The position numbers and the translations under genes are program-made. The notes beneath the pieces are model-generated. The model did not search any database and was not told the origin of the DNA. It worked only from the letters and a program-made list of their open reading frames with translations. From the IMG/VR virus record IMGVR_UViG_3300007986_000012: a DNA stretch of 64,000 nucleotides. One strand, given 5' to 3'. Of this stretch, positions 17,816 to 27,917 are shown in pieces (position 1 is the stretch's first letter; the number at the start of each line of letters is the position of its first letter). This DNA comes from a virus.

Positions 17816-20737
17816 TTACAATCTTTGCACTAGTGTTTTTGAATCTAGATTTTGAACAATTTCGATATCATCAACACTTATGCTCGCTTGCAATATCTCG
17901 TCCTCTTTTGGAACAATTTCGTGAAGATCCCCGAAGAATGTACCCGCAGCCTTTGGTACCAACACGACAGATTCGATATTATACCCCAGACTATTGTGTA
18001 TCGCGGCAGACAATTCCGTAAAATAAAAAGGCTGACCGAAAGACCAGAAATTAATATCAAAAAATTTGTTTACTATCCCAACGATCTGGGTCTTGATCTT
18101 GTTGTCACTAACCACCGTGTTTTCCGACTTTACGACTTTTAGAGTTCCTTGAAGTTCTCTCTGTGCTTTAGAACCAATAATTGGTTTGATTATTCCGGGT
18201 TGCAATAGCATCGTGTCTGATATCATTTTATTTTCCACCAAATAAGAATAGGAGGATTTCAACTCGAATGGTGTTGGTCTAGTAGGTTCTTTGTCCAAAT
18301 TACCATTCAACCACGATCTAACTTTGGAATAGTATCCTCTTGTTATAATGAAGGTGTCAATTATGTTAGACGCCGCAGGATCGATTAGATGGTATCGGGG
18401 GGTTCTGTGAATCCACAAGAAGTTTAACCCCTCGACGCCTTTTTCCCTTTTCCACAAGCCCGTTGAAGACGCGGAATCTTCCGACCAAGACTGTAGGGTT
18501 TCTTCCGAAAACGGAACGTATACCCACGGGGCATTTCCATCTTCTCTTTGGAAATACACATAGTCGTTGTTCCCTATCAAATATGATAGATCTACTCCAT
18601 CAGGTAACCCGTTATTGTCCTCATCCACCGGGAGGATAGAAAGTGTATTAAAATCACAAATACCGCGCAACAGGCCCCTATTTACATTAACACCGTTGCT
18701 AATAACAAACGGTCTGTTGGTTCCAATACTACAACCGTCTACCCCGACGTTCGCTTTCAGTACGACAATGTTGTCTTTTTTCGAATTCATTGTATCATAC
18801 GTCAAAACCCGTTCATCATAGTTACTAAGATTGAATTTGGTTTCTGGGCTGTGGGCATATAACTCCCTAGTCTTAAAGTTTATGATCCAACTGTTATTTG
18901 TTTGTGAAGTTATGGCAATATCCCAATCTGTCTGTATGTTTGTTTCTAATTCGATTTGCCAAAAGTTATCTGCCTGATCTTCTTGTATCCGGTACGTTAA
19001 GTAAAGTGTGTTTGGGGCAGATGTTATCAAAGAATTGATATTTGTCAACAACCCACTGAGTTCTGCTGATGTAAACTCGTATCTGGCAAACACGGGTTGC
19101 ATTCCTTTCAAAATCAGAGAATTATAAAGGTCTTGTCTACGCAAAATTGGTTCAATGTAATTTTCAACCAAAGCCGTAATCAGGGGGACATTGATTCCTC
19201 CATCCTGTGGTGGTAGTTGTTCTGGAAGAATGTTAAAGTTCTTAATCTCAGAGTTAAAATACAAGACCATATCATCACCGAAAAGCTTAACGTTCTCATA
19301 ATATTCTTTCGGATCATGCCAACCTATGAATTTAGAATCTCCCGCAAAAGTTCTGTTGATAGAACGAAGTTTTAAGATAGTATTGTCTTGTAATAAAAAC
19401 TCGTTGTAATCTCTTCCGTTTACCATTCTATCTTGTGTATAGTACACTGATGGAGCTACTTCTCTAATCCTTGCCGCAGTCTCGGATGGTGCTGCATTTT
19501 GTATCGGTGCAGTCAGGGTGAAGGTAAACGTAAAAGTTCTAATTGCACCGGTGTTGTCTCTGTAGCGGATGTTGGCCGATTTATTTTGAATTGCGCTTCT
19601 TGGTATAACTAATCCTTCTTCTGGACTGGTGGAAGTTCTATACCAAACATCAAATTTTCCTGAAGGTATGTTAGAAAAATTCCCGTCACCGAAAATCAAT
19701 CTAACACCGTCATCTGCCAATGTCTCTACTTCGTATTTGTTTCTGTTGGGGGAAGTGTTATATAAAATGTTCTGTGCGTTTGTTACATCAACTTCCTGCC
19801 ATTCGCCCGTCCTAGGTTCGTTGTACCGCTCCCCACCGCTCAATATCTCGTCGGTTTCATCATCTATGTTGTTTAGCCATAAATCGGTATTGTTAATCCC
19901 CGTCCTAGAAAGATTCTTGGTCTGATTGGGCAACACTCCGTCCAAGAAAAACGTTTCTCGTTGAAGCTCACCCTGCTTTGTAAAAAAGAAAAATCCGGTA
20001 TTGTCAGAAGAATCACCCAAACCGTCAGACAGATACAGTATATTCATCTGTTGTTTTCGTTCCGGTCTTTTTTCAATTGAACCAAATTCATTCAATTCGG
20101 CACTGACCAACTCCATCGGATAAGTTTCTCCGTTAACAGAAACGCTGTAGCGTATTGCTTCGCCTTGTATTGCCTCGTTGTTTGTACCATATAATTCGAA
20201 CAGTACGTTTTGAACCTGAATGCGGTCTGAAGGTAAAACTGTTCCGAAATTTTGTGATAAAATTTTCTGCATCACTAAAATAAATTGTTCTTTCCAGTTA
20301 TCATTGTTGGGGTCATTCCAAATGATTCTAGTGTTTCCAATATTGTTTCCTTTACTGTCTACTAACGATTCTGTAGTAGACACAGAGGTTAGCTTAACAA
20401 GACCCCTCGCGGGTATGTTTCTTGATGCACTGTAAGAAAGAAACTTGGCTAGTCTAAGAACAGACTCTTTACGCTCGGCGGTGGCTAAAAAGTTTTCGTG
20501 TGTGTTTAAATCAATCCTATATGCCAAAAGTTCCCCAAGATAAGCGAACAATTCTATAATCGCCACAAGGTCAGATGATTCAATGTAATCGTTAAAATCT
20601 TCTGGATAGTACAGTTTCATATAATCCAACATGGACTGTTTAATACTATCGTAATCCCAAGCTTTAAAATTCACTTGCTGGAAAGAATCGTATGCCCTTT
20701 CCCAATTTTCGGCAATGTTCTGTAATCTATTATCCAT
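17816..20737 (-). CDS. gp6: Baseplate wedge protein, T4 gp6-like (extended)
   Basis: DYDSIKQSMLDYMK, FNDYIESS, LLAYRID..ENFLATAERKESVLRLAK, NAAPSET..IR..APSVYYTQDRMVNGRDY. Confidence 0.9.
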   Translation of the reverse strand: MDNRLQNIAENWERAYDSFQQVNFKAWDYDSIKQSMLDYMKLYYPEDFNDYIESSDLVAIIELFAYLGELLAYRIDLNTHENFLATAERKESVLRLAKFLSYSASRNIPARGLVKLTSVSTTESLVDSKGNNIGNTRIIWNDPNNDNWKEQFILVMQKILSQNFGTVLPSDRIQVQNVLFELYGTNNEAIQGEAIRYSVSVNGETYPMELVSAELNEFGSIEKRPERKQQMNILYLSDGLGDSSDNTGFFFFTKQGELQRETFFLDGVLPNQTKNLSRTGINNTDLWLNNIDDETDEILSGGERYNEPRTGEWQEVDVTNAQNILYNTSPNRNKYEVETLADDGVRLIFGDGNFSNIPSGKFDVWYRTSTSPEEGLVIPRSAIQNKSANIRYRDNTGAIRTFTFTFTLTAPIQNAAPSETAARIREVAPSVYYTQDRMVNGRDYNEFLLQDNTILKLRSINRTFAGDSKFIGWHDPKEYYENVKLFGDDMVLYFNSEIKNFNILPEQLPPQDGGINVPLITALVENYIEPILRRQDLYNSLILKGMQPVFARYEFTSAELSGLLTNINSLITSAPNTLYLTYRIQEDQADNFWQIELETNIQTDWDIAITSQTNNSWIINFKTRELYAHSPETKFNLSNYDERVLTYDTMNSKKDNIVVLKANVGVDGCSIGTNRPFVISNGVNVNRGLLRGICDFNTLSILPVDEDNNGLPDGVDLSYLIGNNDYVYFQREDGNAPWVYVPFSEETLQSWSEDSASSTGLWKREKGVEGLNFLWIHRTPRYHLIDPAASNIIDTFIITRGYYSKVRSWLNGNLDKEPTRPTPFELKSSYSYLVENKMISDTMLLQPGIIKPIIGSKAQRELQGTLKVVKSENTVVSDNKIKTQIVGIVNKFFDINFWSFGQPFYFTELSAAIHNSLGYNIESVVLVPKAAGTFFGDLHEIVPKEDEILQASISVDDIEIVQNLDSKTLVQRL

Positions 20738-21101
20738 CGAATTCTAACCTTATCTCCATAGTGTCATTAAAATTTATTTCAAGGTATCGTAAGTGTGCTA
20801 TAACAACAACTGCTTTTTCTTCGTATACGGGGTTGACGGATAAATCAAGAACCGCGACCCTAGGATCGTTATCAAAGACGTTTGTAAACTCAAGTTCCAA
20901 AAGTGCCAACGTGTTTTGGTCCAGCGGCTGAAACAACAATTCCTGAATAGAAGTTCCGTAATTTGGCATCATAAGCCGCTGGCCCTTAGAGGTGAATATA
21001 TTGTTCAACAAGTCCTGTTTTACAAGTTGTACGTCTTTTAACAAGATCTTTTTGTCATCCTCGTAGCTTTTAAGGCTAGGACCCCTATAAAACGTTGTCA
21101 T
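20730..21101 (-). CDS. gp25: Baseplate wedge subunit, T4 gp25-like
   Basis: VKQDLLNNIFTSKGQRLMMPNYGT, LLFQPL, DPRV. Confidence 0.9.
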   Translation of the reverse strand: MTTFYRGPSLKSYEDDKKILLKDVQLVKQDLLNNIFTSKGQRLMMPNYGTSIQELLFQPLDQNTLALLELEFTNVFDNDPRVAVLDLSVNPVYEEKAVVVIAHLRYLEINFNDTMEIRLEFDG

Positions 21102-21128
21102 GTAGTTCCGCTGTTTTCTACTCGAAAC

Positions 21129-21136
21129 TATTTATA
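21129..21136 (-). promoter_or_regulatory. Late promoter TATAAATA
   Basis: Exact motif 28 nt upstream of gp25. Confidence 0.7.
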
Positions 21137-21141
21137 AAAAA

Positions 21142-21480
21142 TTACCTTCTCCACAATGGGCCACGTTCATTTTTAAAATCACCTTCTATGACACCGATGG
21201 GTTTTCGACCCTCCGGGTTGGTTACATTGTCATATTGGTCAATCCAGTCTGTGTTGTTCTTATAACCGTCGTTGGTTTCATTTACGGAATCACCCCCGTC
21301 TTGTTTCATAACGCGTGGCCATGGTTCATGATCCGGCACCCTGTTTGTCCACGGGGCAATCTCGGTTAAAGACAGGCAAGATTTTTGTGCGAACGGGGGT
21401 TGAGTGTCCGCAAATGCAGGTGCATAGTTTTCGAAGTCCTGTACTACTTCGGCGTTCTTGGTCCATGTGTTGCTCATCAC
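21142..21480 (-). CDS. Small protein carrying the RVPDHEPW motif usually seen at the end of gp5-like spikes
   Basis: APWTNRVPDHEPWPRV; ATGA overlap with the gp5 stop codon. Confidence 0.65.
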   Translation of the reverse strand: MMSNTWTKNAEVVQDFENYAPAFADTQPPFAQKSCLSLTEIAPWTNRVPDHEPWPRVMKQDGGDSVNETNDGYKNNTDWIDQYDNVTNPEGRKPIGVIEGDFKNERGPLWRR

Positions 21481-23981
21481 GGGCCACCAAATTCTGAAAT
21501 AGCATTGCTATAAGCATTAAAGAAAATCACTTGTTCCTCCAAAGAGGTATAGTCCAGCCCATTTACGGTTGCAGGTGTCTCTTGTATTTTTGTATTTATT
21601 ACAATTAGGGACCGTAGGTGGTCATTTGTTTCATTCTGTAGAATTGTAAGTCGTGGAACTACAGTAGATCCTACGTTCTCGTTAAACACATTTACGGCAC
21701 TGTTAAAAGATGCGAGAGAGTCATTTAGTCCCCCAATTCCAGTTGTGTATGACGCAATATGTGTGCTATTATCTGTGATGTTTATATTCACCAAATTTTC
21801 TAACGAGTCTTTGATTTGGTTGATGTTATTCTTAATGTTGTCTATCGCGTTGTTGATGTTCATGTCAACCTGATTACTCGCTATATCCAAAACGTCGATA
21901 GAATTTTCAAAATTTAGTTTCTGGCGATCAAACCAAGATTTAAAGTTATCTTGTGTCCATCCCCCCAAATCTATATTTAAAAATAGTCCATCTGGTACCG
22001 GATTGAAATTTTCTATATTCGAGAAATTCCCTACGTCTATACAGAAGTTAAAGTTGAACTCCGGTAAGTCTAGAGATGGTATTCGTAAAGTAGGAACACT
22101 TGGAAATGTGGGCAACGCCGGTATGGTGATATCTAGAATATCCAATGGGTTGGAGACTCCGACAATTTCAGCCAATTTTTCCCCCACCGTGAATGCTAAA
22201 TCGTTTACGGTTCCCTGTATGGAATTAAAATTGTCGTTTATTGTTTGTACTGATGTTGCTATAGCTGAATTGTCTATGGCCATCTGGATGTTGTCCAACG
22301 CGTCAAAGTTTATTTCCGTCGGTTTAAAAGAAACGTTCACGCCACCCGTAAGAGATATGCACCCACCACCGAGAAGATTGCCGTCGATGGTGGGTCTTTT
22401 TTCGCCATCTATCCCAAACCCGTCGTTGGTTTGCTGTGCGATTTCTTTTGCACTTTGGCTGACTATTTGGCCCACGGAGAAAAAATTCATGAAAGGGTTT
22501 CTCATTGTTATTTGGTTGGCCCCGTTGTTGGACATTAACTTCATGTTTTCTTCTAACGCTTCCAATGTCAAGTCTCCTTCGTATGTCTTTATCGACATAT
22601 CCAACAAAGAACCTATGTCCATCTTTCCAGTAAAAGAAAATATCTTAGTGTCACTCACCGATTGCATAATGTTATCATTTCCGGAAAATATTGAGGTGTT
22701 TCCAGAAGCGTGGTGGTTGTAGTCTCCGTCTACCGACACACTGTAATTGCCTCCATTTAATATTGTATTGGCATCCCCGTCTACTTGGATAAACATGCCA
22801 CCGCCCACTGTTTGACAAATATCTTTGGCGATTTCTTCGAGTTTGTTTTCGTATACTAGAGTTCGTAAGTTTTTTTCCACTAATATGTGTGTGTCGGCGG
22901 TTGAATGTAATCTGATCTCACCGTCTTCCGGTTTGTCCGAATCTAGTGAAGACTGCCCCTCTGTGTTACCGGCGTACATGTATATTCCTTTGTTGGCCTT
23001 TACTCTAAAAGTACCATCCGTAGAGAAATTAATATCTTCTTTCGCTCGCATACTTATTCTGCGTTCCGAGTATCCATCGATGTTCCCGTTAGAATCCATC
23101 TCTATCCAGCTTTTTCCTTCGTTGGTTGCAACATATATTCTTTCGTTGGTGTCATCTAAAATTATCTGATGTCCGGTAGAAGAACGCAGCCGTATCCTAT
23201 TATTGTAAGGACGGTCGTCCATGGTGAAAGCATGGAATCCCGGTGTAGAAAAACCGAAAACCCTAGAGGCCAAGAATGAACCTAGAGCTTTATTGCCAGA
23301 CCAGTCATAGCCATGTGCTCCTACGATAGGCTTAACCCATTCGTCGCCCTCGGACTCCCTAATTTCCGGATACTGCTGATCAATCATATCCTCCTCTTCG
23401 TGGCCAACATTTCCGGTCGCTTGATATTCGGATTGACGGGTTTTCCATTCTGCGGAATCTTTTTCACCCCTAAATGCCTTTTCTGCGTTAGTGTATTGGG
23501 GTTCTATAGAATTCTTGGTAGAAGTAAGGGGGCCGTCTACCGTGCCCCCTTCTTTCCAATCATAGCGTCCATGAAACAACGAGTGCATTTCTCTGTGGGG
23601 CTGCATACACCCCATCCAAACTCTTCTTCTTTCGTCACCGTCTATACAGGTCACCAGAACAAGAGATCCTTGTTCCGGAATTGCCCAGAAACCATATGCT
23701 ATAGCACCTTGACTCTTTTCTGGACCCTTCCCGGTCCCCCTAGTAAACTCGCCGTTCGAAATTACCCCCCCATACGGAGATACATATGAAGCCCACGGGA
23801 GGTGGTGTATTTTTTTTGGATCGTCGTTCAGATTAGCACAAAAAACCCTCAAACGACCATTTTGTAATGGATCATCGGTATCTACCACAACACCAACAGT
23901 AATACCACTTGAGTTGTACTTGGTGTCGCCCACTTCCAATTCGGAATTCAAAATTTTTAGTAATTGTTGTTCGTCAAGCAT
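21477..23981 (-). CDS. gp5: Baseplate central spike, gp5/VgrG-like (OB fold plus beta-helix, no lysozyme domain recognised)
   Basis: GVVVDTDDPLQNGRLRV, LPWASYVSP, WAIPEQGSLVLV, RLRSSTGHQIILDDT, SWIEMDSNGNID. Confidence 0.85.
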   Translation of the reverse strand: MLDEQQLLKILNSELEVGDTKYNSSGITVGVVVDTDDPLQNGRLRVFCANLNDDPKKIHHLPWASYVSPYGGVISNGEFTRGTGKGPEKSQGAIAYGFWAIPEQGSLVLVTCIDGDERRRVWMGCMQPHREMHSLFHGRYDWKEGGTVDGPLTSTKNSIEPQYTNAEKAFRGEKDSAEWKTRQSEYQATGNVGHEEEDMIDQQYPEIRESEGDEWVKPIVGAHGYDWSGNKALGSFLASRVFGFSTPGFHAFTMDDRPYNNRIRLRSSTGHQIILDDTNERIYVATNEGKSWIEMDSNGNIDGYSERRISMRAKEDINFSTDGTFRVKANKGIYMYAGNTEGQSSLDSDKPEDGEIRLHSTADTHILVEKNLRTLVYENKLEEIAKDICQTVGGGMFIQVDGDANTILNGGNYSVSVDGDYNHHASGNTSIFSGNDNIMQSVSDTKIFSFTGKMDIGSLLDMSIKTYEGDLTLEALEENMKLMSNNGANQITMRNPFMNFFSVGQIVSQSAKEIAQQTNDGFGIDGEKRPTIDGNLLGGGCISLTGGVNVSFKPTEINFDALDNIQMAIDNSAIATSVQTINDNFNSIQGTVNDLAFTVGEKLAEIVGVSNPLDILDITIPALPTFPSVPTLRIPSLDLPEFNFNFCIDVGNFSNIENFNPVPDGLFLNIDLGGWTQDNFKSWFDRQKLNFENSIDVLDIASNQVDMNINNAIDNIKNNINQIKDSLENLVNINITDNSTHIASYTTGIGGLNDSLASFNSAVNVFNENVGSTVVPRLTILQNETNDHLRSLIVINTKIQETPATVNGLDYTSLEEQVIFFNAYSNAISEFGGP

Positions 23982-23983
23982 AA

Positions 23984-25768
23984 TTATATAATATCGTCCG
24001 ATCTAGCAAGTGTTAACGTCTGGTGAAAATGACTACCCTCAATTATCGTAGTTATTTTCTGGATATGCATCCATTCCTGATGATAAAATACCTCTGGCTC
24101 TGGCCCGCCGACATCCTCGTAATTCGTGTCGAGATATATATTCAACTTGGCATACCAAGGGAGTATTTCGGGTAATTGGTAGTGTACTGCGTTTGGGTGA
24201 GAACTGGTTGTCGCCGCACTAGGTTTTCGAAGAGTGTCATTGTATAAATCAGGATTCCCGTGAATATTTATTATGAATGTTGATTCTTGTAACGACTGCA
24301 TTCTGTATTGTTTTTTCATACATTCTGCCCATTCTTTGGGGTATTCTACACCCAAGGTTCGATCATTTCCAACCTTGGCTCTGAACCCACTGTATCCGGT
24401 CATGAAAAACTCCCGGTCTCTCTCGCGTTCGCCGGTAATGGGTTCCCTTTCACCCCCATATGCAGTTCTTCCTGAAACAGTATCTATTACGTCTTCTACA
24501 ATGTCTATTTTATCCGTTCTACTAGCTACTCCGACCAGCGCCCTAACATCGTGGTTTTGATTTGAAGAATAAAAAAATGTTAAGGGTTCTTTGGCGCTCT
24601 CCCCCGGTCCAGTATTCTTTCCCGTCGAAAAATTTACAGGTACTTCAAACCTTTTTATGACAATATCGTACAGTAGTTCTGAGCCCTGTTTTCTCCATAC
24701 GAAACAAATTTTATGACTATACCCCTGTGCGGAATCTATTCCTGTTTTTCTTGACATTTTCATTATCCTATCAATCAGGTCCAGCAAGGTCTCACCGCTC
24801 GTTGAAGGTATCACTCTTATACCCTTTTCGTTCGCATCAAGTTCCGGTTGTTCAAAAGGTAAATTTCTATTGTCTATCTCGTAATTGTTGTATTTTGGAT
24901 CTAGATGTATGTTGAATTTAATCTTCAATTCTTTTTGTTGAACAGAAGGATTTCTTAGTTTAAAAGTGTAATTGTCTCTTATAACTGCTTGCCAATCCTG
25001 TAGTTGATTTTTGTGGATCTTCGTAGACTCGTTGAGGTCTACTTGTAATGCTTCGAATGCATCCTGTAGAGTTCGCATGGGCTTGCTTTTTTCTAGCCGA
25101 TCTTTCCTAAATGGATTTTTTTCTGCGTCTTCTTCCCCACGAGGTTTTATAGAACCCCCACTGGGGTTGGGGGTTGGTGTCTCTTCATGGAGTTGTCCGT
25201 CTTTATGCGTCACCGTCATACTATATAATAAATTCAATTTTGAAGATAATCCTATGGTATTATGGCAAGCCATGAAATACATTTCATAATAGTTATGGGT
25301 GTCCATAAATTTATATTTGAAGTCGTTAACCACAAAAATTAAAGGTTCGCTTCTTGTAGTCCTTTCATCTCCTTCTGGATAGTGGAAATGTACGTCTAGT
25401 CGAAATGATAAATTCTCTATAGATATACCCAAAACATCAACTACTTCGTTCTTCAAAAAACCGAAAAAATCTCCTCCGGATACATCATGCAAAATGAATT
25501 TTCCTAGTGCGGAGGTGCTGCTTGTATCAGTGCTTGTCCAAGAATAATCATATTGGAGCCTTTTACCAACAAATCTTTTTGTTCCTGTTCCGAAAGAATC
25601 ATTCAAAATCAATACTCCACCTCCCGGTAGAAGTTTGCCTTCCGGACCATCTGTTAGCTTGGGTGCGTTGCCATCGTTTTCTGCGCTGGCCGTATTAGAC
25701 CACGCAGACAAAATGAATGTTGTAGAATAAGAAGAATACTTCTCTAAGGGATTTCTAGGTTCACTCAT
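23984..25768 (-). CDS. Baseplate hub protein (gp27/VgrG N-terminal-like)
   Basis: NPLEKYSSYS N-terminus, INIHGNPDL, C-terminal KITTIIEGSHFHQTLTL; lies directly upstream of gp5. Confidence 0.65.
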   Translation of the reverse strand: MSEPRNPLEKYSSYSTTFILSAWSNTASAENDGNAPKLTDGPEGKLLPGGGVLILNDSFGTGTKRFVGKRLQYDYSWTSTDTSSTSALGKFILHDVSGGDFFGFLKNEVVDVLGISIENLSFRLDVHFHYPEGDERTTRSEPLIFVVNDFKYKFMDTHNYYEMYFMACHNTIGLSSKLNLLYSMTVTHKDGQLHEETPTPNPSGGSIKPRGEEDAEKNPFRKDRLEKSKPMRTLQDAFEALQVDLNESTKIHKNQLQDWQAVIRDNYTFKLRNPSVQQKELKIKFNIHLDPKYNNYEIDNRNLPFEQPELDANEKGIRVIPSTSGETLLDLIDRIMKMSRKTGIDSAQGYSHKICFVWRKQGSELLYDIVIKRFEVPVNFSTGKNTGPGESAKEPLTFFYSSNQNHDVRALVGVASRTDKIDIVEDVIDTVSGRTAYGGEREPITGERERDREFFMTGYSGFRAKVGNDRTLGVEYPKEWAECMKKQYRMQSLQESTFIINIHGNPDLYNDTLRKPSAATTSSHPNAVHYQLPEILPWYAKLNIYLDTNYEDVGGPEPEVFYHQEWMHIQKITTIIEGSHFHQTLTLARSDDII

Positions 25769-26147
25769 TTATAACCCTTTCCCGCTCTGGATTCTTGATC
25801 GCAATTTGAGAGAAAACCCTACTGGATGATGGTAAAACTATTGTTCTACCGGCCACAAATTCTTCTTCGATGTCCACAATGTTATTGTATAGAAGGACAA
25901 GCCAAGTGAGTTTTGTCGTTCCGTAAACCCCCGCTGCTACTAAATCGGGTCTACCTTCATGCTCCGGTCCCAGTCGGTATTTACGATCAGTAAAAATATC
26001 ACGCTCTATTTCATTCCTCTCCCACCAGCCGAGTTTATTACCCTTGATTTCTGTAGTTCCGCCCGTTAGCATTCTAGACAACCTCTTCGCTAAAGAAGTT
26101 TTATTATCAAAAAGTCTGAATCGATTGTTTATGTTTTTACCAGCCAT
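25761..26147 (-). CDS. gp53: Baseplate wedge protein, gp53-like (LysM-type fold)
   Basis: EHEGRPDLVAAGVYG..LTWLVLLYNNI.D..EFVAGRTIVLP. Confidence 0.85.
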   Translation of the reverse strand: MAGKNINNRFRLFDNKTSLAKRLSRMLTGGTTEIKGNKLGWWERNEIERDIFTDRKYRLGPEHEGRPDLVAAGVYGTTKLTWLVLLYNNIVDIEEEFVAGRTIVLPSSSRVFSQIAIKNPERERVINE

Positions 26148-26718
26148 TTAATGTACCCTCTCTAAACGATTGAATGTTGAAATCTCGTAACTCTTGAATA
26201 GATCTAGCTTCTTTAAGAGTAATTGAAACGTTCCAGACGATAGGAACCGCGCCTTTTGGGGTTATGATATAATCGTTCTCTTCGTTCAAAGTTATGCTCA
26301 AATCGGTCATTCTAACTGCTACCTGTTTAAATTGATTGTTAAGACCATTGAGAAAAAGTCTAGAAGGGGTTTTTGTATTAAACTCACCGTCACCAGTTTT
26401 TTCTGGCATCCTCCAAGATCGAAGGGTATTGACATAGGCTAAGTTGGTTTCTGCTTCTGATACAGTTCTAGAAACAAACGTGGCGTCTATTGAAAAGGTT
26501 CTGCTGGGGCTTCCCGTGTAAATCAATAAACTGGCAGCTTGTCTCATGTCCCCAACTTCAAGGTAGTTTGCTGTACCGGATTCAGACACATTGGGTTGTA
26601 CGAAGAATACAACAACCCCGGTGGGTTGCCCTGTTGCTGCCGGTATCGTTTGTGTTTGTGCGTCGGTACCAATCTCTTCTTGGACCCGGCCAGTCAAAAA
26701 TATAGGTTGTGCTACCAT
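26137..26718 (-). CDS. Tube-initiator-like baseplate protein (contractile-system tube fold)
   Basis: FVQPNVSESGTANY, IYTGSPSRTFSIDATF, VRMTDLSI, VPIVWNVSITLKE; lies upstream of gp53. Confidence 0.65.
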   Translation of the reverse strand: MVAQPIFLTGRVQEEIGTDAQTQTIPAATGQPTGVVVFFVQPNVSESGTANYLEVGDMRQAASLLIYTGSPSRTFSIDATFVSRTVSEAETNLAYVNTLRSWRMPEKTGDGEFNTKTPSRLFLNGLNNQFKQVAVRMTDLSITLNEENDYIITPKGAVPIVWNVSITLKEARSIQELRDFNIQSFREGTLNGW

Positions 26719-26741
26719 GATTACTGTAAATCTGTTCCATC

Positions 26742-26749
26742 TATTTATA
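26742..26749 (-). promoter_or_regulatory. Late promoter TATAAATA, with a divergent CATAAATA at about 26798 on the plus strand
   Basis: Motifs sit in the divergent intergenic gap upstream of each gene. Confidence 0.65.
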
Positions 26750-26823
26750 TCCTATGGAAAGAGTCTATTTGTGGAAAAACAACTTTTTGTGTTGACCATA
26801 AATATCATCATTACAAACACACA

Positions 26824-27864
26824 ATGTCAATGAAAGAAGAATTTATATCAAACCCACTTATGGAAAAACGTAAAAGATCTCTTCCCGGAGTAACTTTTAG
26901 GTTGCCGTCTAGGGGTGAAATCTATAAAAAGGGTGTTCTGGCCGACAACGTTGAAAACGGTGAAATGGTAGTTTACCCAATGAGACTTAGAGAAGAACTT
27001 AAAATGAAATCTTTTGATTCAATCTTCCAAGGGAGTGCGGTATCTGAAACCATTTCATATTGTGTACCAGAGGTTTTAACTCCTGAAGAGTTGTGTCCAA
27101 CGGATATAGATTATCTCATAACAGCAATTAAAAAACAGAGTCATGGTAACGATTTTCTTTACAAAGATGTCTGTATGAAAATAGAAAAACTCGTGGACCG
27201 ATCAAAATTAATCCAAGAGTCAGTCGAACAGGAATTTGAAGAATCCCAAAGAACTTCCAAATATGAAGAATCTCTGGATGATATCGGTGAACAGCTAAGA
27301 AATCTAGACAATCAAATTGGCAAAGAAAATACTAAAGTAGAAAATAAAGAACGTGAATTTGACCCGGTGCTGGATAACGAGAATAACACAGGAATTGTCA
27401 GCAAATTTTGTGAATTTAAAATTCCGCTGTCTCATTTTCTGGATTCCTCCACAGAAATTGACCCGGATCTTTATGAAGAAAAGAAAAGATTCGATTTTAA
27501 AGGTTTTGATATAGAACTCCAACAAATTAGCTTTAAAGCATTCAAAGAAATCAGTAATTTGAGATTACAAGATAACCCACATGCTATGGGTGAAGAAAAA
27601 TACTTCGAATATGTGAACAAATTCTCCAACGTAAACCTAGCTAGAAGAATTCGTGTCGTTGACAACATCGAAAACCAAGACCAGATAGAAGAATGGGTTA
27701 ACTCTTTTAGTCTGGAGGATAGAACCGAATTACTTGACAGAATAGCCGATGCGTTTAACTGGGGAATAGACTTCAATTATACAATAACCTGTTCGGCTTG
27801 TGGGAAAAGCAAAGATATTGACATGTCTTACCTAAACCCTTTGTATTTTTTTTTAACATCCTAG
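26824..27864 (+). CDS. gp26: Baseplate hub assembly chaperone, T4 gp26-like (start revised to 26824)
   Basis: NPL...LPG..FRLPSRG..Y, VYPMRLREE, CVPEV..L...DIDYLITAIK, CxxC (CSACG), ends LYFF. Confidence 0.8.
   Translation: MSMKEEFISNPLMEKRKRSLPGVTFRLPSRGEIYKKGVLADNVENGEMVVYPMRLREELKMKSFDSIFQGSAVSETISYCVPEVLTPEELCPTDIDYLITAIKKQSHGNDFLYKDVCMKIEKLVDRSKLIQESVEQEFEESQRTSKYEESLDDIGEQLRNLDNQIGKENTKVENKEREFDPVLDNENNTGIVSKFCEFKIPLSHFLDSSTEIDPDLYEEKKRFDFKGFDIELQQISFKAFKEISNLRLQDNPHAMGEEKYFEYVNKFSNVNLARRIRVVDNIENQDQIEEWVNSFSLEDRTELLDRIADAFNWGIDFNYTITCSACGKSKDIDMSYLNPLYFFLTS
27846..27855 (+). other. Candidate -1 ribosomal frameshift site (T9 run; T-TTT-TTT / T-TTT-TTA)
   Basis: XXXYYYZ heptamer in the last codons of gp26; the -1 frame is open and continuous with the gp51-like ORF. 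Confidence 0.7.
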
Positions 27865-27917
27865 CGAGTAACGATAGGAGTGCGCTGAAGCGATATTCAC
27901 AATCCTTGAATGTAGGT

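Noticed and set aside
26539-26823. N-terminal extension of gp26 in the ORF track
   Set aside because: Overlaps the opposite-strand gene and the divergent late promoters; homologue-like sequence begins at 26824
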